A DNA stretch of 64,000 nucleotides from a candidate division WOR-3 bacterium (GTDB taxonomy: Bacteria; Hydrothermota; Tepidihabitantia; Tepidihabitantales; DTDR01). The notes under the pieces are model-generated. The model saw nothing but the letters and a program-made list of their open reading frames with translations, was not told the origin of the DNA and did no database searches. Below are positions 51,003-61,303 of the stretch, one piece after another. The stretch lies in assembly GCA_025060715.1 (NCBI GenBank), contig JANXBG010000002.1, positions 11,294 to 75,293 of the forward strand, in the 5' to 3' direction. The position numbers were made by a program, and so were the translations under genes. Position 1 is the first letter of the stretch; the number at the start of each line of letters is the position of its first letter.

Positions 51003-51571
51003 TGAATTTTTTTGAAGTTATCAATTCCCGCCATTCAGTAAGAAATTTCTCTGAAAAAGATGTGGAAGAGGAAAAGATAAAAAAAATCTTAGAAGCTGCC
51101 CAAAAAGCACCTTCCTGGCAAAATCGCCAACCCTGGTATTTTATTGTTGTTAAAGATAAAGAGTTAATTAAGAAGATTTCTGAATTCCGTCCTTTAACAT
51201 TAAATATTAATATCTTTTTAAAAAAGGCACCAGTTATTATTATTTTAGTTTCAAAAAGGGAATTATCCGGAAGTCGGGCTGGGCTTGATTATTTTTTAGT
51301 AGATTGTGCCATTGCCATGGAGCATTTGATATTAGCTGCTACTGCTTTAGGTTTAGGAACCTGTTGGATTGGTGCTTTTGATGAAGAATATTTAAAAGAG
51401 ATTTTAAAAATACCAAAGGATTTTCGAATTATTGCTCTAACACCTCTTGGCTACCCAAAAAAAGAAAATCTTTTAGGAAAGGCAATAAAAACCTTTGCCC
51501 AAAGTAAAAAAAGAAAAGAATTAAAAGATTTTGTCTTCTTAAATGAGTGGGGAAAGAAATGGGAACTTTAA
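51002..51571 (+). CDS. Nitroreductase-family protein
   Basis: MNFFEVINSRHSVRNF...APSWQNRQPWYFIVV typical of the nitroreductase fold N-terminus; start overlaps lepB stop (TAATG). Confidence 0.75.
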   Translation: MNFFEVINSRHSVRNFSEKDVEEEKIKKILEAAQKAPSWQNRQPWYFIVVKDKELIKKISEFRPLTLNINIFLKKAPVIIILVSKRELSGSRAGLDYFLVDCAIAMEHLILAATALGLGTCWIGAFDEEYLKEILKIPKDFRIIALTPLGYPKKENLLGKAIKTFAQSKKRKELKDFVFLNEWGKKWEL

Positions 51572-53178
51572 TAATTTTTTTAATATTTAATACTAAAATA
51601 ATGGATTTAGATAGCCTAAAACCAAAGATGAAAGGTTATGGACTTTCTACTTTTTCTGGTATTTTACCTGATACTTTTGAATGTGAAATTATTGATATTA
51701 TAAGAAATGTTGAACCAAAAAGAAATTTAATTATTGCTAAATTGGCAAAACAAAATTTGGAAAAAAGTGGAGTTGTTGCTGGTATGTCTGGAAGCCCAGT
51801 ATTCATTAATAATAAATTAATTGGAGCAGTTGCGTATTCTTGGGAATTTCAGAAAGAGCCAATCTGTGGAATTACCCCAATTTATGAAATGCTTTATCCC
51901 GAAAGTTTTCCTAAAGGAGGAAATTTACCAGTAAGGAATTTTACTTTACCAATTGCTTTAAGTGGCAATTTGGATGAAAAAGCAACAACCCTTTTTAAAC
52001 AATTATTTCCCAAAAATATTACCCTCTTATTTTTACCAATGGGAGGAAGTGAAAAAAAGGAAAAAGAAATTTTACCTTCCTTTGGCTATGCAGTAGGCGT
52101 TAATATTATTGACGGCGATTTAAAAGCAGCAGCTATTGGTACATTAACTTATATAAATAAAGATACTATATACGCTTTTGGCCATCCTTTATTTAATTTT
52201 GGCGAAGTAGAACTACCATTAACTTTAGGAAAAATCCATTGTGTAATGCCGGCCTATGACCTTTCTTTTAAACTCTTTTCACCTATAAAGGAAATTGGCA
52301 TTATTAATTACGATTACCAAACAGCAATTAAAGGTCTTTTAAATAAAAAAGCAAAAAAAATTCCAGTAAGAATAAAAATTAAGGATAATAATAAAAAAGA
52401 AATTTATACCTACGAAGTTTGTAACCATTATAAATTAATCCCTTTCCTATTGCCGATTTGTTATTCTTTCTCCTATTACTCTTTTGCTTTGGGGAGACCT
52501 CTCAATTATACCATTAAAAATAAAATAAAATTAAGGCTCTCTTCAAAAGATAAAAAAGAAGAATTTGTTTATGAAAAAATAACTATATCCGATGAACCAA
52601 AAAGTTGGGAAATTTACGATTTCTATAATGAATTAAAAACTATCTTAGAAAACCCTTTAGAAAAAGTAGAAATAGAAAATTGTGAAATAGAAAGCGAATT
52701 TTTGCAAGAAAAAAGGGCAGCAAAAATTTTAAATATAAGTTTAAATAAAACCACCTTTCAACCAAAGGATGAAATGAAAATAAATATAACTTTACAAGAT
52801 TTTGAAGGGAAAATTTTTGATAAAGAGATAATTTTAAAAATTGATTTATCCCCTTCCCAATACTTTCTTTTTATTGGCAACCCTGATGAGTTATTTTCTA
52901 TTTTTCCATTAAGAGAAGAAAGGTCTTTTTTAAAATTATTAGAAAATATTAAAAAAGGGAAAAAAGGGAATTTATTAAAATTGGCAATCTATTCTCAAAC
53001 AAAAGGAATAATTTTAAAAGACTTAGGATATTCTCTGCCTTTATCGTTAAGAAGATTAAAAGAAAAAAGTCTTTCCGAAATTTCTTCTTTTACTATTTAT
53101 TATGAAAAAGAAGAATTATCCGATTATTTTATCACTAACTCCAAAACTCTCATTTTTGAAGTTAAGGAGGAAAAATGA
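51547..53178 (+). CDS. SpoIVB-like peptidase S55 domain protein
   Basis: MKGYGLSTFSGILPDTFECEIIDII and VAGMSGSPVFINNKLIGAVAYSW (GxSGSP serine-protease box as in SpoIVB/S55); about 400 aa C-terminal extension of unknown function. Confidence 0.6.
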   Translation: MGKEMGTLIIFLIFNTKIMDLDSLKPKMKGYGLSTFSGILPDTFECEIIDIIRNVEPKRNLIIAKLAKQNLEKSGVVAGMSGSPVFINNKLIGAVAYSWEFQKEPICGITPIYEMLYPESFPKGGNLPVRNFTLPIALSGNLDEKATTLFKQLFPKNITLLFLPMGGSEKKEKEILPSFGYAVGVNIIDGDLKAAAIGTLTYINKDTIYAFGHPLFNFGEVELPLTLGKIHCVMPAYDLSFKLFSPIKEIGIINYDYQTAIKGLLNKKAKKIPVRIKIKDNNKKEIYTYEVCNHYKLIPFLLPICYSFSYYSFALGRPLNYTIKNKIKLRLSSKDKKEEFVYEKITISDEPKSWEIYDFYNELKTILENPLEKVEIENCEIESEFLQEKRAAKILNISLNKTTFQPKDEMKINITLQDFEGKIFDKEIILKIDLSPSQYFLFIGNPDELFSIFPLREERSFLKLLENIKKGKKGNLLKLAIYSQTKGIILKDLGYSLPLSLRRLKEKSLSEISSFTIYYEKEELSDYFITNSKTLIFEVKEEK

Positions 53179-54962
53179 AGATTTTAATTTTTTTATTGTT
53201 TTTTTTAAATACTAAAAAAAGTTTCCAAGTAATGCTTGATAAGGATTCTTTAATTTATTTATCACCAAAAATTGAAGAAATTTTAAAAGTCGAGGGAACT
53301 TTTATCTATGATTTCACTGTCTCTAAAAAGGGAATTTTTTTAAGCACCGGTGATAAAATTTACCATAATGATAAAGTTATTTACGAAGAAAAAGAAAATA
53401 ACCTTTTTGCTTTAACTATCAATAAAGAGAATCTCTATTTTGGTGTATCACCCGAAAGTGTAGTTTATGAATGGAAGGATAACAAAATAATAAGAAAATA
53501 TAAAATTCCAGCCAGCAATATTTTAAGAATGGTTCCTTCAGAAAAAAATATCTTACTCGGCACTTCTTATCCGGCTTTAATTTATCAAATTGGTAAAGAA
53601 GAAAAAATTCTACAAAAAATTCCTGATGAAAACATCTCGACTTTAACTTTAAAAAAAGAGACTTTATATATTGGGACTTCACCAAAAGGTTATCTCTATC
53701 AACTGGCAATCAATAATCCAAAAGATTTAAAACTCCTTTTAGATTGCGAAGAGGAAGAAATTAAAGATATTGCAATAAAGGATAATTTAATATATTTTAT
53801 CACCAATTCTGATAAGAAAATGCCTTCTTTATATTCCTTTGATAAAATAAAAAAGGAAATAAAAGAAATCTTTTCTTTTTCTTGTTCTACCCTTTTTTCT
53901 TTAACCATAAAAGGGGAAACCTTATTTGTTTGCGGAAGTGATAATATTTTATATAGAATTATTCCAGAAAAAAATTATTATTTAATTTATGGGTTCAATT
54001 GTGAGGCATTAACAAAAATCTTTCTTTACGAAAATGAAATCTATTTAGCAAGTGGTTATCCACCCAAGATATATAAACTAAAAAAGGAATTGGCAAAAGA
54101 AGGAAGTTATTTATCCCCAATAATTGATTTAAAATTTATCTCCAAATTTGGTAAAATGGAAATAGAGAGTTATTTACCTTTATTATCTTCTTACGAAATT
54201 TGGACAAGAAGCGGCAGTAATAATATTATTGACGAAAGCTGGTCAGAATTCGAAAGATTAAAAGATAATAAAATAAAAAGCCCAGAAAATCGTTATTTCC
54301 AATATTTAATAAAATTAAAGAGAGAAAAAGGTGAAGAAAGTCCAATTATAAAAAAGGTTAGATATTTTTATAAAAATATTAACCAGCCACCAAAAATAAA
54401 AACTATTAAAATAAGTTCGGATTCAGAAAATCCAAGAATAAAAATAATAAGATATGAAGCCTTTGACCCTAATAATGATTCTTTAATTCATAATTTATAT
54501 TACCAAATAAAAGACGATGAAAATTGGTTTTTATTGGTAAAAGATATTAAAGAAAATGAATATAAACTGGACGGAAGGATTTTACCCGATGGTTTTTATA
54601 AAATAAAATTGATAACCAGTGATGAAGTAACCCAAATAAAAAGTGAAGCCTTAAAAGATTCGATTATCTCTGATGAATTTCTTATTGATAACACTCCACC
54701 CCAATTAATCTCCTTTGATAAAGAAAAGAAAGGGGAAAAATATCACTTTAAAATAAAAATAGCTGATTCTCTCTCAACCATTAAAGGCTTTTATTATTCC
54801 ATTGATAACGAAAAAGAAGAAAAACTTTTATCGGCTGATGGAATTTTTGATGATAAAGAAGAGGAATTTATTTTAGAAATAAAAAAAGAAAGCTTTCTTT
54901 TAAATATCAGATTTTTTGATGAATATTTAAATGAAAAAAGATTGAATTGGTTAATTAAATAA
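53175..54962 (+). CDS. Secreted hypothetical protein, possibly beta-propeller repeats (595 aa)
   Basis: Signal peptide; recurring LY.GTSP.G.LYQ-like repeats; start overlaps the S55 gene stop by 4 nt (ATGA). Confidence 0.45.
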   Translation: MKILIFLLFFLNTKKSFQVMLDKDSLIYLSPKIEEILKVEGTFIYDFTVSKKGIFLSTGDKIYHNDKVIYEEKENNLFALTINKENLYFGVSPESVVYEWKDNKIIRKYKIPASNILRMVPSEKNILLGTSYPALIYQIGKEEKILQKIPDENISTLTLKKETLYIGTSPKGYLYQLAINNPKDLKLLLDCEEEEIKDIAIKDNLIYFITNSDKKMPSLYSFDKIKKEIKEIFSFSCSTLFSLTIKGETLFVCGSDNILYRIIPEKNYYLIYGFNCEALTKIFLYENEIYLASGYPPKIYKLKKELAKEGSYLSPIIDLKFISKFGKMEIESYLPLLSSYEIWTRSGSNNIIDESWSEFERLKDNKIKSPENRYFQYLIKLKREKGEESPIIKKVRYFYKNINQPPKIKTIKISSDSENPRIKIIRYEAFDPNNDSLIHNLYYQIKDDENWFLLVKDIKENEYKLDGRILPDGFYKIKLITSDEVTQIKSEALKDSIISDEFLIDNTPPQLISFDKEKKGEKYHFKIKIADSLSTIKGFYYSIDNEKEEKLLSADGIFDDKEEEFILEIKKESFLLNIRFFDEYLNEKRLNWLIK

Positions 54963-55178
54963 TTAAATTTATTTATGGACAAAAATTAGTCAGCAATATT
55001 CTCTTAAAGGCTTATGGGTTGATAACGAAATTACTCAATAAGTTTCTGATTTTCTACTATTACTTCCTTTGCTCTTATATCGGAGGCACATAAGATAAGT
55101 GGTCAAAATAATACACTAAATACTAACAATCATTAAGAATCAAATTGATTGTAATAAATTTTTTATTAAAATATTAAC

Positions 55179-57248
55179 ATGAAAAGAATTTTTATTTTTT
55201 TAGTTTTATTTAATTTTTTAGTAATTAAAGGAAAAGAGATTGATAAACCGATGGGTGATTGGTGTTATACAATTCCGCTATTAGTAGAATTTCAAGAAGG
55301 AAAAAGATTGCAAAGGCCAAATTTATCAGGCCCGGTTGAATATATTGAGAGAGAAAGATTTCGGGTGCATTATACGAGAGTGGGTAGAGATGCGGTAACC
55401 CAAGCCTATGCTGAGTCAGTTGCTTCTTATATTAGTTATTCCTGGGCAAAACAGATTGACAGCCTAAATTGGCCTGAACCGCCTCCCGATTACGGTCTGG
55501 GAGGAGATAATAGATTTGATATTTATATTCGGGCAATGCCTCAAGGTATTGCTGGTTATTGTGCTGCAGAATATGAATATCCCTATCCTTATCCCAATGG
55601 TGCCACTTCTTATATTGCTGTGGGTAATAATTTAAGTATTGGTGGTTTTCTTAAAATTGTCTGTGCTCATGAGTTTAACCATGCTCTGCAATTCCGTTTT
55701 TCTTCTCGCGAAGATGGATTTTGGTATGAAAATACCGCCACTTGGATGGAAGATGTTTGTTTTGAAGAGATAAATAGTTATATTAGTTATCTCCCAACTT
55801 CTCCAGGGCCCTTAACTACACCTTATTATCCAATCACTACTTTTATTCAAGGAGGTCTTTTTCAATATGCTGGTGGTATTTGGGCAATGTTTTTAGAAGA
55901 TAAATATGATAAAGAATGTTTAAGAAAAATTTGGGAGCGACAGGGACAGGTATCGGGTAATAATACCTTAGAAGCCTTTGATTATGTTTTGAGAATTTTT
56001 TATAATAGCAGCTTTAATGAGGCCTTAAAAGAATATGGGATTTGGCGATATTTTACCGGTAATAGAGCTGATACAATAAGATTTTTTAAAGAAGGCCATC
56101 TCTGGCCCAGTGTTTCCTTTATGAGAACTCACAATTCTTACCCAGCTTCCGGAAATTCTATTTCTTACGAACCGGTTGTTCCTGGTGGTTGTGATTATAT
56201 TCAATTTACTGAGGGTGGTGGCAAATTATTTCTCTCTTTTGATGGTGACGATGGTTTTAATTGGAAAGCAGTGGTTATTGGCTATCAGAGCGAAGAGCCA
56301 AGAATTTATGAAATAAATTTAAACAATCAAGCACACGGACAAGATTCTTTTAATTGGCGCTTAGAAGATAACTTTACTTTAATATCAATTATTGCCCATT
56401 GGGAGTATGGCATCGGTTATCAATTAAATTTTAATTACCAAGCAAATATAAGAATTTTACACGATATTGGTATTGAAAGACTCTCTGGTTTTTCCTCTAT
56501 CAGCGATTCGAATTCAATTTTATATCCTAATGCTTTAATAAAAAATTATGGCCAATTTAACGAGAATTTTCAGATAAAATTAACCTGCGGTGATTTTTAT
56601 ACTGATATAAAAACAGTCAGTTTAACTCCTAATAGCACTCAAATAATATATTTCAATCCTTGCACCTTAAAGAAAAGAAATTATCAAAATTACAAATGTA
56701 CAGTGTTACTTACTACTGATGAAAGACCTTCCAACAATTCTAAAGAAGGAAGAGTATTTGTTAGAGTTAGAGATGTTGGGGTATTAAAAATAATTGAACC
56801 CAGCGGCTATGTCGGACAAGGAAGTTATATCCAACCAAAAGCAAAGATAAAAAATTTTGGTAATATAAGAGAAGAGTTTGATATTATCTTCACCATCAAT
56901 AATTGGCAGGCAATAAAAAGAATATCATTAGCTGCCAACAGTGAGATAGAGGTTACCTTTGACTCCTTATGGTATGCTTCCGACACCGGCCAATATGTTT
57001 GTAAATGTTCAACAAGATTAACAAACGATATGAACCCAATTAATGATAAAATAGAAGAAATATTCTATGTGACTTTACCAGCAATTAGTGAAGAAAATTA
57101 CTTTAATAACCTCCTTAAAAATCACAGAAACATTGAAATCTTTGATATCAACGGAAGAAATGTCAATAATAAAAAACTCAAAAGAGGCATCTACTACCTA
57201 CTCATAAAAGAGAAAGGTATTTTTAGAAAGTTTATAATATTAAAGTAG
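55179..57248 (+). CDS. Secreted HEXXH zinc metalloprotease-like protein with two CARDB-like domains and T9SS C-terminal sorting domain
   Basis: Signal peptide; VCAHEFNHALQF (HExxH); C-terminal CARDB-like repeats (ALIKNYGQFNENFQIKL..., KAKIKNFGNIREEFDIIFTI...) homologous to those of the 2268-aa protein; last ~60 aa IEIFDINGRNV...GIYYLLIKEKGIFRKFIILK match the T9SS C-terminal domain. Confidence 0.65.
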   Translation: MKRIFIFLVLFNFLVIKGKEIDKPMGDWCYTIPLLVEFQEGKRLQRPNLSGPVEYIERERFRVHYTRVGRDAVTQAYAESVASYISYSWAKQIDSLNWPEPPPDYGLGGDNRFDIYIRAMPQGIAGYCAAEYEYPYPYPNGATSYIAVGNNLSIGGFLKIVCAHEFNHALQFRFSSREDGFWYENTATWMEDVCFEEINSYISYLPTSPGPLTTPYYPITTFIQGGLFQYAGGIWAMFLEDKYDKECLRKIWERQGQVSGNNTLEAFDYVLRIFYNSSFNEALKEYGIWRYFTGNRADTIRFFKEGHLWPSVSFMRTHNSYPASGNSISYEPVVPGGCDYIQFTEGGGKLFLSFDGDDGFNWKAVVIGYQSEEPRIYEINLNNQAHGQDSFNWRLEDNFTLISIIAHWEYGIGYQLNFNYQANIRILHDIGIERLSGFSSISDSNSILYPNALIKNYGQFNENFQIKLTCGDFYTDIKTVSLTPNSTQIIYFNPCTLKKRNYQNYKCTVLLTTDERPSNNSKEGRVFVRVRDVGVLKIIEPSGYVGQGSYIQPKAKIKNFGNIREEFDIIFTINNWQAIKRISLAANSEIEVTFDSLWYASDTGQYVCKCSTRLTNDMNPINDKIEEIFYVTLPAISEENYFNNLLKNHRNIEIFDINGRNVNNKKLKRGIYYLLIKEKGIFRKFIILK

Positions 57249-57513
57249 TAGGAAATCTCAATGGGAAAAGTAAATTAGTTAATCCTTAAATTTCTATATA
57301 AAGTGTATATTTATTAGTCTTTACCAAAATTCTAATTTACCAATAAAAACTTAAAAAGAAAATCTAAAAGATATTCGTGATGAAACAAATTAATAAAATT
57401 ATGAAAAATCTTGGTTTAACTTCTTTCATAACAATGTCTTAGCTAATTAGATTTTAACAAAAAAGTAGTGACCTTTAGGGCCTTTTTTCGTTATATATAT
57501 AAAAGGAGAGTTT

Positions 57514-57624
57514 ATGGATAATAAGATTAAAAAAATATTCCCTTATTGTGAATTGGAATTACAAAAAGTTGGTATTCCGAAGATATTAGATTTTGAGATA
57601 GGATTAAGAAAAAGGAGGTATTAA
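57514..57624 (+). CDS. Possible small protein (36 aa) in a long intergenic region
   Basis: ATG preceded by AAAGGAGAG with 4-nt spacing; MDNKIKKIFPYCELELQKVGIPKILDFEIGLRKRRY; no homology evidence. Confidence 0.2.
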   Translation: MDNKIKKIFPYCELELQKVGIPKILDFEIGLRKRRY

Positions 57625-57894
57625 GAAGTAAATAATTAATTCTCTTAAATATCTTTTTAGCCTTACTTTTATAAAACAAGGGAATTTTGCGTTCTATAAA
57701 GAAGGGGGCTGTATAGTATATGGTATAGTATCTTAATGAAAAAAAGAAAAAGTCTTAATAAAACCTACTTCAATACTCCCTTATTCTGCCGAATTTAAAC
57801 TTTATTATTGTCATTATTTTAATTAAAAATCTTCTCTCTAACTTCCCTATTGTAACCAATTTGATTTTAAGGAATTTTTTATTAAATTTTAATT

Positions 57895-58374
57895 ATGGAA
57901 AATCTTTTTGCTCCCTGGCGGATGGAGTATATTGAAAAAGGAAAAAAAGAAAATTGTATCTTTTGCGAAGTTCTTCAAGAAAATAATGATGAAAAAAATC
58001 TTATCCTTCTTCGTCAAACTCACTCCTTTTTAATAATGAATAAATACCCTTACAATAATGGCCATTTAATGGTTGTTGCTAATCTCCACAAGAAAGGTAT
58101 TGAAGATTTTAATAACGAAGAAGTTTTAGATATTTTCTCTCTCTTATCAAAGGCAATTCAAGTATTAAAAAAAGTTTTATCTCCGCAAGGATTTAATATT
58201 GGTATAAATTTAGGTGAGGTTGCTGGTGCGGGTGTTAAAGACCATTTTCATATTCATATCGTTCCCCGCTGGCTAGGAGACACCAATTTTATGCCTATTC
58301 TTTCAGAAACAAAGGTTATTTCTGAACATTTAAAGATTACTTACCAAAAACTTCTCCCCCATTTTAAAAAATGA
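57895..58374 (+). CDS. HIT-family hydrolase
   Basis: Histidine triad HFHIHIVPRW and N-terminal CIFCEV motif; 159 aa. Confidence 0.8.
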   Translation: MENLFAPWRMEYIEKGKKENCIFCEVLQENNDEKNLILLRQTHSFLIMNKYPYNNGHLMVVANLHKKGIEDFNNEEVLDIFSLLSKAIQVLKKVLSPQGFNIGINLGEVAGAGVKDHFHIHIVPRWLGDTNFMPILSETKVISEHLKITYQKLLPHFKK

Positions 58375-59057
58375 TTAAGGGAGTGATTTTTGATTTAGAT
58401 AATACATTAATTGATTTTGTTAAAATGAAAGATTTAGCGATTGAAGCGGCGATTAATTATATGATTGATGCGGGCCTTAATATGGATAAAGAGGAAATTA
58501 AAAAAGAGATTTATAAAATTTATGAAGAAAAAGGGATTGAATATCAAGAGGTCTTTCAAGATTTTCTTTTAAAAAAGTTTGGCGAGATTGATTATAAAAT
58601 TTTAGCCGCTGGGATCGTTGGTTATCGTCGAGCAAAAGATTTTAGTTTGGTCCCTTATCCCCATACTGAATATACCCTTTTGGAGTTAATCAAAAGGGGG
58701 TTAAAATTGGCAGTTATTTCTGATGCGCCAAAACTGCAAGCCTATTTAAGATTGTGTTATTTGGGATTTTTAAACTATTTTGATTGTGTAGTTGCCTATG
58801 AAGATACCAAAAAGAAAAAACCCGACCCAGAACCCTTTTTATTAGTGTTAAAAAAGTTAAACTTAGAACCAAAAGAAGTAATAATGGTTGGTGATTGGCG
58901 AGAAAGGGATATCATTGGTGCCAAATTAGTTGGCATAAAGACCGCCTTTGCTCGCTATGGTGATACCTTTAATACAAAAGAGAGCAACGCCGATTATGAA
59001 TTAAATGATATTATTGAAATTATTAAAATTGTTGATGAATTAAATAAAAAAAGATGA
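58371..59057 (+). CDS. HAD-superfamily hydrolase (subfamily IA-like)
   Basis: N-terminal motif I VIFDLDNTLIDF and C-terminal VGDWRERDIIGAKLVG (motif IV region); overlaps the HIT gene by 4 nt. Confidence 0.75.
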   Translation: MIKGVIFDLDNTLIDFVKMKDLAIEAAINYMIDAGLNMDKEEIKKEIYKIYEEKGIEYQEVFQDFLLKKFGEIDYKILAAGIVGYRRAKDFSLVPYPHTEYTLLELIKRGLKLAVISDAPKLQAYLRLCYLGFLNYFDCVVAYEDTKKKKPDPEPFLLVLKKLNLEPKEVIMVGDWRERDIIGAKLVGIKTAFARYGDTFNTKESNADYELNDIIEIIKIVDELNKKR

Positions 59058-59425
59058 TTTACGGAATTGGTATAGATATTGTAGATGTAAAAAGAATTGA
59101 GAGAATGATAAAAAATAAAAAGAAAAAAAGTTTAACGAAAGTTTTTTCTTTAAAAGAGATTGAGTATTGTGAAAAATATAAAGAAAAAAGATATCTCCAT
59201 TATGCAGGTAGGTTTGCTTTAAAAGAGAGTTTTATTAAAGCAGCAAACAGAGCTTTTCCTTTGCGAGATATTGAAGTAAGAAATATAAATAATGTCCCAA
59301 AAATTTTTGGCAAAAAAGCAGTGAAAAAATTCCTAAAAGACAAAGAAGTTTTTTCTTCCATCTCTCATATTGAAGATTATGCAGTTGCTTTTTGTTTAAT
59401 ATGTCAAAAAAATTCCCAACAATAA
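59054..59425 (+). CDS. acpS: Holo-[acyl-carrier-protein] synthase
   Basis: N-terminus MIYGIGIDIVDVKRIERMI and conserved ...FALKESFIKA... of AcpS-type phosphopantetheinyl transferases; 123 aa. Confidence 0.85.
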   Translation: MIYGIGIDIVDVKRIERMIKNKKKKSLTKVFSLKEIEYCEKYKEKRYLHYAGRFALKESFIKAANRAFPLRDIEVRNINNVPKIFGKKAVKKFLKDKEVFSSISHIEDYAVAFCLICQKNSQQ

Positions 59426-60330
59426 CAGTAATTAGCATTCTCTTTGCCCTTTTTCTTTGGTCTCTAGCAATTTTAGAAAAGGAGCATACTTTAAAAATAA
59501 AGATGAAAATAAAAATAGAAAAACTTCCTTCAGAGCTTTTTTTGTTAAGACAGTCACCCAAAGAAATTGTTTGTGAAATAAGGGGAAAAGGAAGGGATTT
59601 TTTAAATCATCAAAAATATTTAAAAGAATATAAATTAGATTTTAGTGAAATCTCAAAAACACCTATTGAAAAGTTTCCTTTTCGCCTCCGTTTTTATATT
59701 GATTTAGAAGAGATAAAAAATATTAAAGAAATTCGTTTACTTTCTTATTCTCCCCATTATTTAGAAATAGAGATAGATAAAATTGCCGAAAAAGAAATAA
59801 AGATAAAACCAGTTTTTAAAGAGGAACATGAAGATTATTTTTTAGTAGAAACTTCAGAAAAGAAGATAAAGATTCGGGGGCCGAAAAGTGAATTAGATTT
59901 CTTAAAAGAAATTTATACCGAATCTTTAGATTTAAAAAAATTAAAAATTTCCTTTGATTCTGTAAAAAGAAGATATTATGCCGAAACCTTTGTTTCTCTT
60001 ATAAATCCTAACAGAAATTATTTCCAATTAGAAAAAGAAAAAATTAAATTAGAATTTTCTTTTGTAAAAATTATTGAAAAAGAGTTTAAAAATATACCAA
60101 TAAATCTTTTTACCAATTTAAAGACAAAAATCACACCAAAAACTTGTCAAATTATTGTAAAAGGCCCTGAGCACATTTTAGATACCTTACAAAGCAAGAA
60201 TATTAGAGTGATAATTAATGCCTTTAATTTAAAAAAAGGAAAATATAAATTACCAGCAGAAATTATCTTACCAAAACAGATTTCTTTTAAAAAATGTTTG
60301 CCTGAAAAGTTTGAATTGGAGGTTTTTTAA
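59401..60330 (+). CDS. YbbR-like domain membrane-anchored protein (CdaR-like)
   Basis: N-terminal transmembrane helix ITVISILFALFLWSLAI followed by repeated beta-rich modules of about 80 aa, as in YbbR-family proteins; assignment is moderate. Confidence 0.45.
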   Translation: MSKKFPTITVISILFALFLWSLAILEKEHTLKIKMKIKIEKLPSELFLLRQSPKEIVCEIRGKGRDFLNHQKYLKEYKLDFSEISKTPIEKFPFRLRFYIDLEEIKNIKEIRLLSYSPHYLEIEIDKIAEKEIKIKPVFKEEHEDYFLVETSEKKIKIRGPKSELDFLKEIYTESLDLKKLKISFDSVKRRYYAETFVSLINPNRNYFQLEKEKIKLEFSFVKIIEKEFKNIPINLFTNLKTKITPKTCQIIVKGPEHILDTLQSKNIRVIINAFNLKKGKYKLPAEIILPKQISFKKCLPEKFELEVF

Positions 60331-60331
60331 A

Positions 60332-61300
60332 ATGTTAGTGTTAGGAATTGATACCAGTTGTGATGAAACAGCAGTAAGCGTAGTAAGAGATGGTCAAGAA
60401 ATTTTAAGTAATATTGTTGCCTCCCAGGTGATTCATTCAAAATATGGTGGGGTAATTCCTGAGGCAGCAGCAAGAGCCCATATCCAAGCTATTTTACCAA
60501 TTACTGAGATCGCCTTAAAAGTAGCCAATATCTCCTTAAGAGATATCAACTTAATTGGAGTAACTAATGGACCGGGACTTATTGGCTCTTTACTCTGTGG
60601 ACTTTCTTTTGCCAAAGCCTTATCTTTTTCTCTAAATGTTCCTTTCTGTGCAGTAAACCATTTAGTAGGTCATATCTATTCTTTAATTTTAGAATACAAA
60701 AATCCACCTTTACCGATGATTGTCTTATTAATCTCTGGAGGTCATACTGAGTTATACCTTTTAAAGGAAAATTTAGAATACGAACTTTTGGGCCAAACAA
60801 TGGATGATGCTTGTGGTGAAGCTTTTGATAAAGTTGCCAAGATGCTTAATAAACCTTATCCTGGCGGTCCCTATATTGAAAAATTAGCAAAAAAGGGCAA
60901 AAGAAATATCAATTTTCCCATCCCTGTTTTAAAAAATTATAATTTTTCCTTCTCCGGATTAAAAACAGCTGTTCTATATTACCTGAAAGAAAATCCCAGT
61001 TATAATGAATATGATGTTGCCCATTCTTTCCAAGAGACAGTGATTGATTATCTAATATTAGCCCTTAACAAAGCCTCTGAGGAGTTTAATATCAAAAATA
61101 TCGGTGTTGTAGGTGGAGTAGCAGTGAATGAAAGACTAAAAGAAAGACTAAATCTTTTAGCACAAGATAAAAATTATCGAATTTTTATACCGAGAAAGGA
61201 ATTATGCTTAGACAACGGCGCAATGATTGCTTGCGCTTCTTATTATCAGTATCAAAAAGAAGGTCCTTCGGATTTTAGTGTGGAAGCCTTTGCCAATTAA
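60332..61300 (+). CDS. tsaD: tRNA N6-adenosine threonylcarbamoyltransferase TsaD (Kae1/Gcp family)
   Basis: MLVLGIDTSCDETAVSVV N-terminus, HSKYGGVIPEAAARAH and GVTNGPGLIGSLLCG motifs; GGAGG RBS 9 nt upstream. Confidence 0.85.
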   Translation: MLVLGIDTSCDETAVSVVRDGQEILSNIVASQVIHSKYGGVIPEAAARAHIQAILPITEIALKVANISLRDINLIGVTNGPGLIGSLLCGLSFAKALSFSLNVPFCAVNHLVGHIYSLILEYKNPPLPMIVLLISGGHTELYLLKENLEYELLGQTMDDACGEAFDKVAKMLNKPYPGGPYIEKLAKKGKRNINFPIPVLKNYNFSFSGLKTAVLYYLKENPSYNEYDVAHSFQETVIDYLILALNKASEEFNIKNIGVVGGVAVNERLKERLNLLAQDKNYRIFIPRKELCLDNGAMIACASYYQYQKEGPSDFSVEAFAN

Positions 61301-61303
61301 AAG

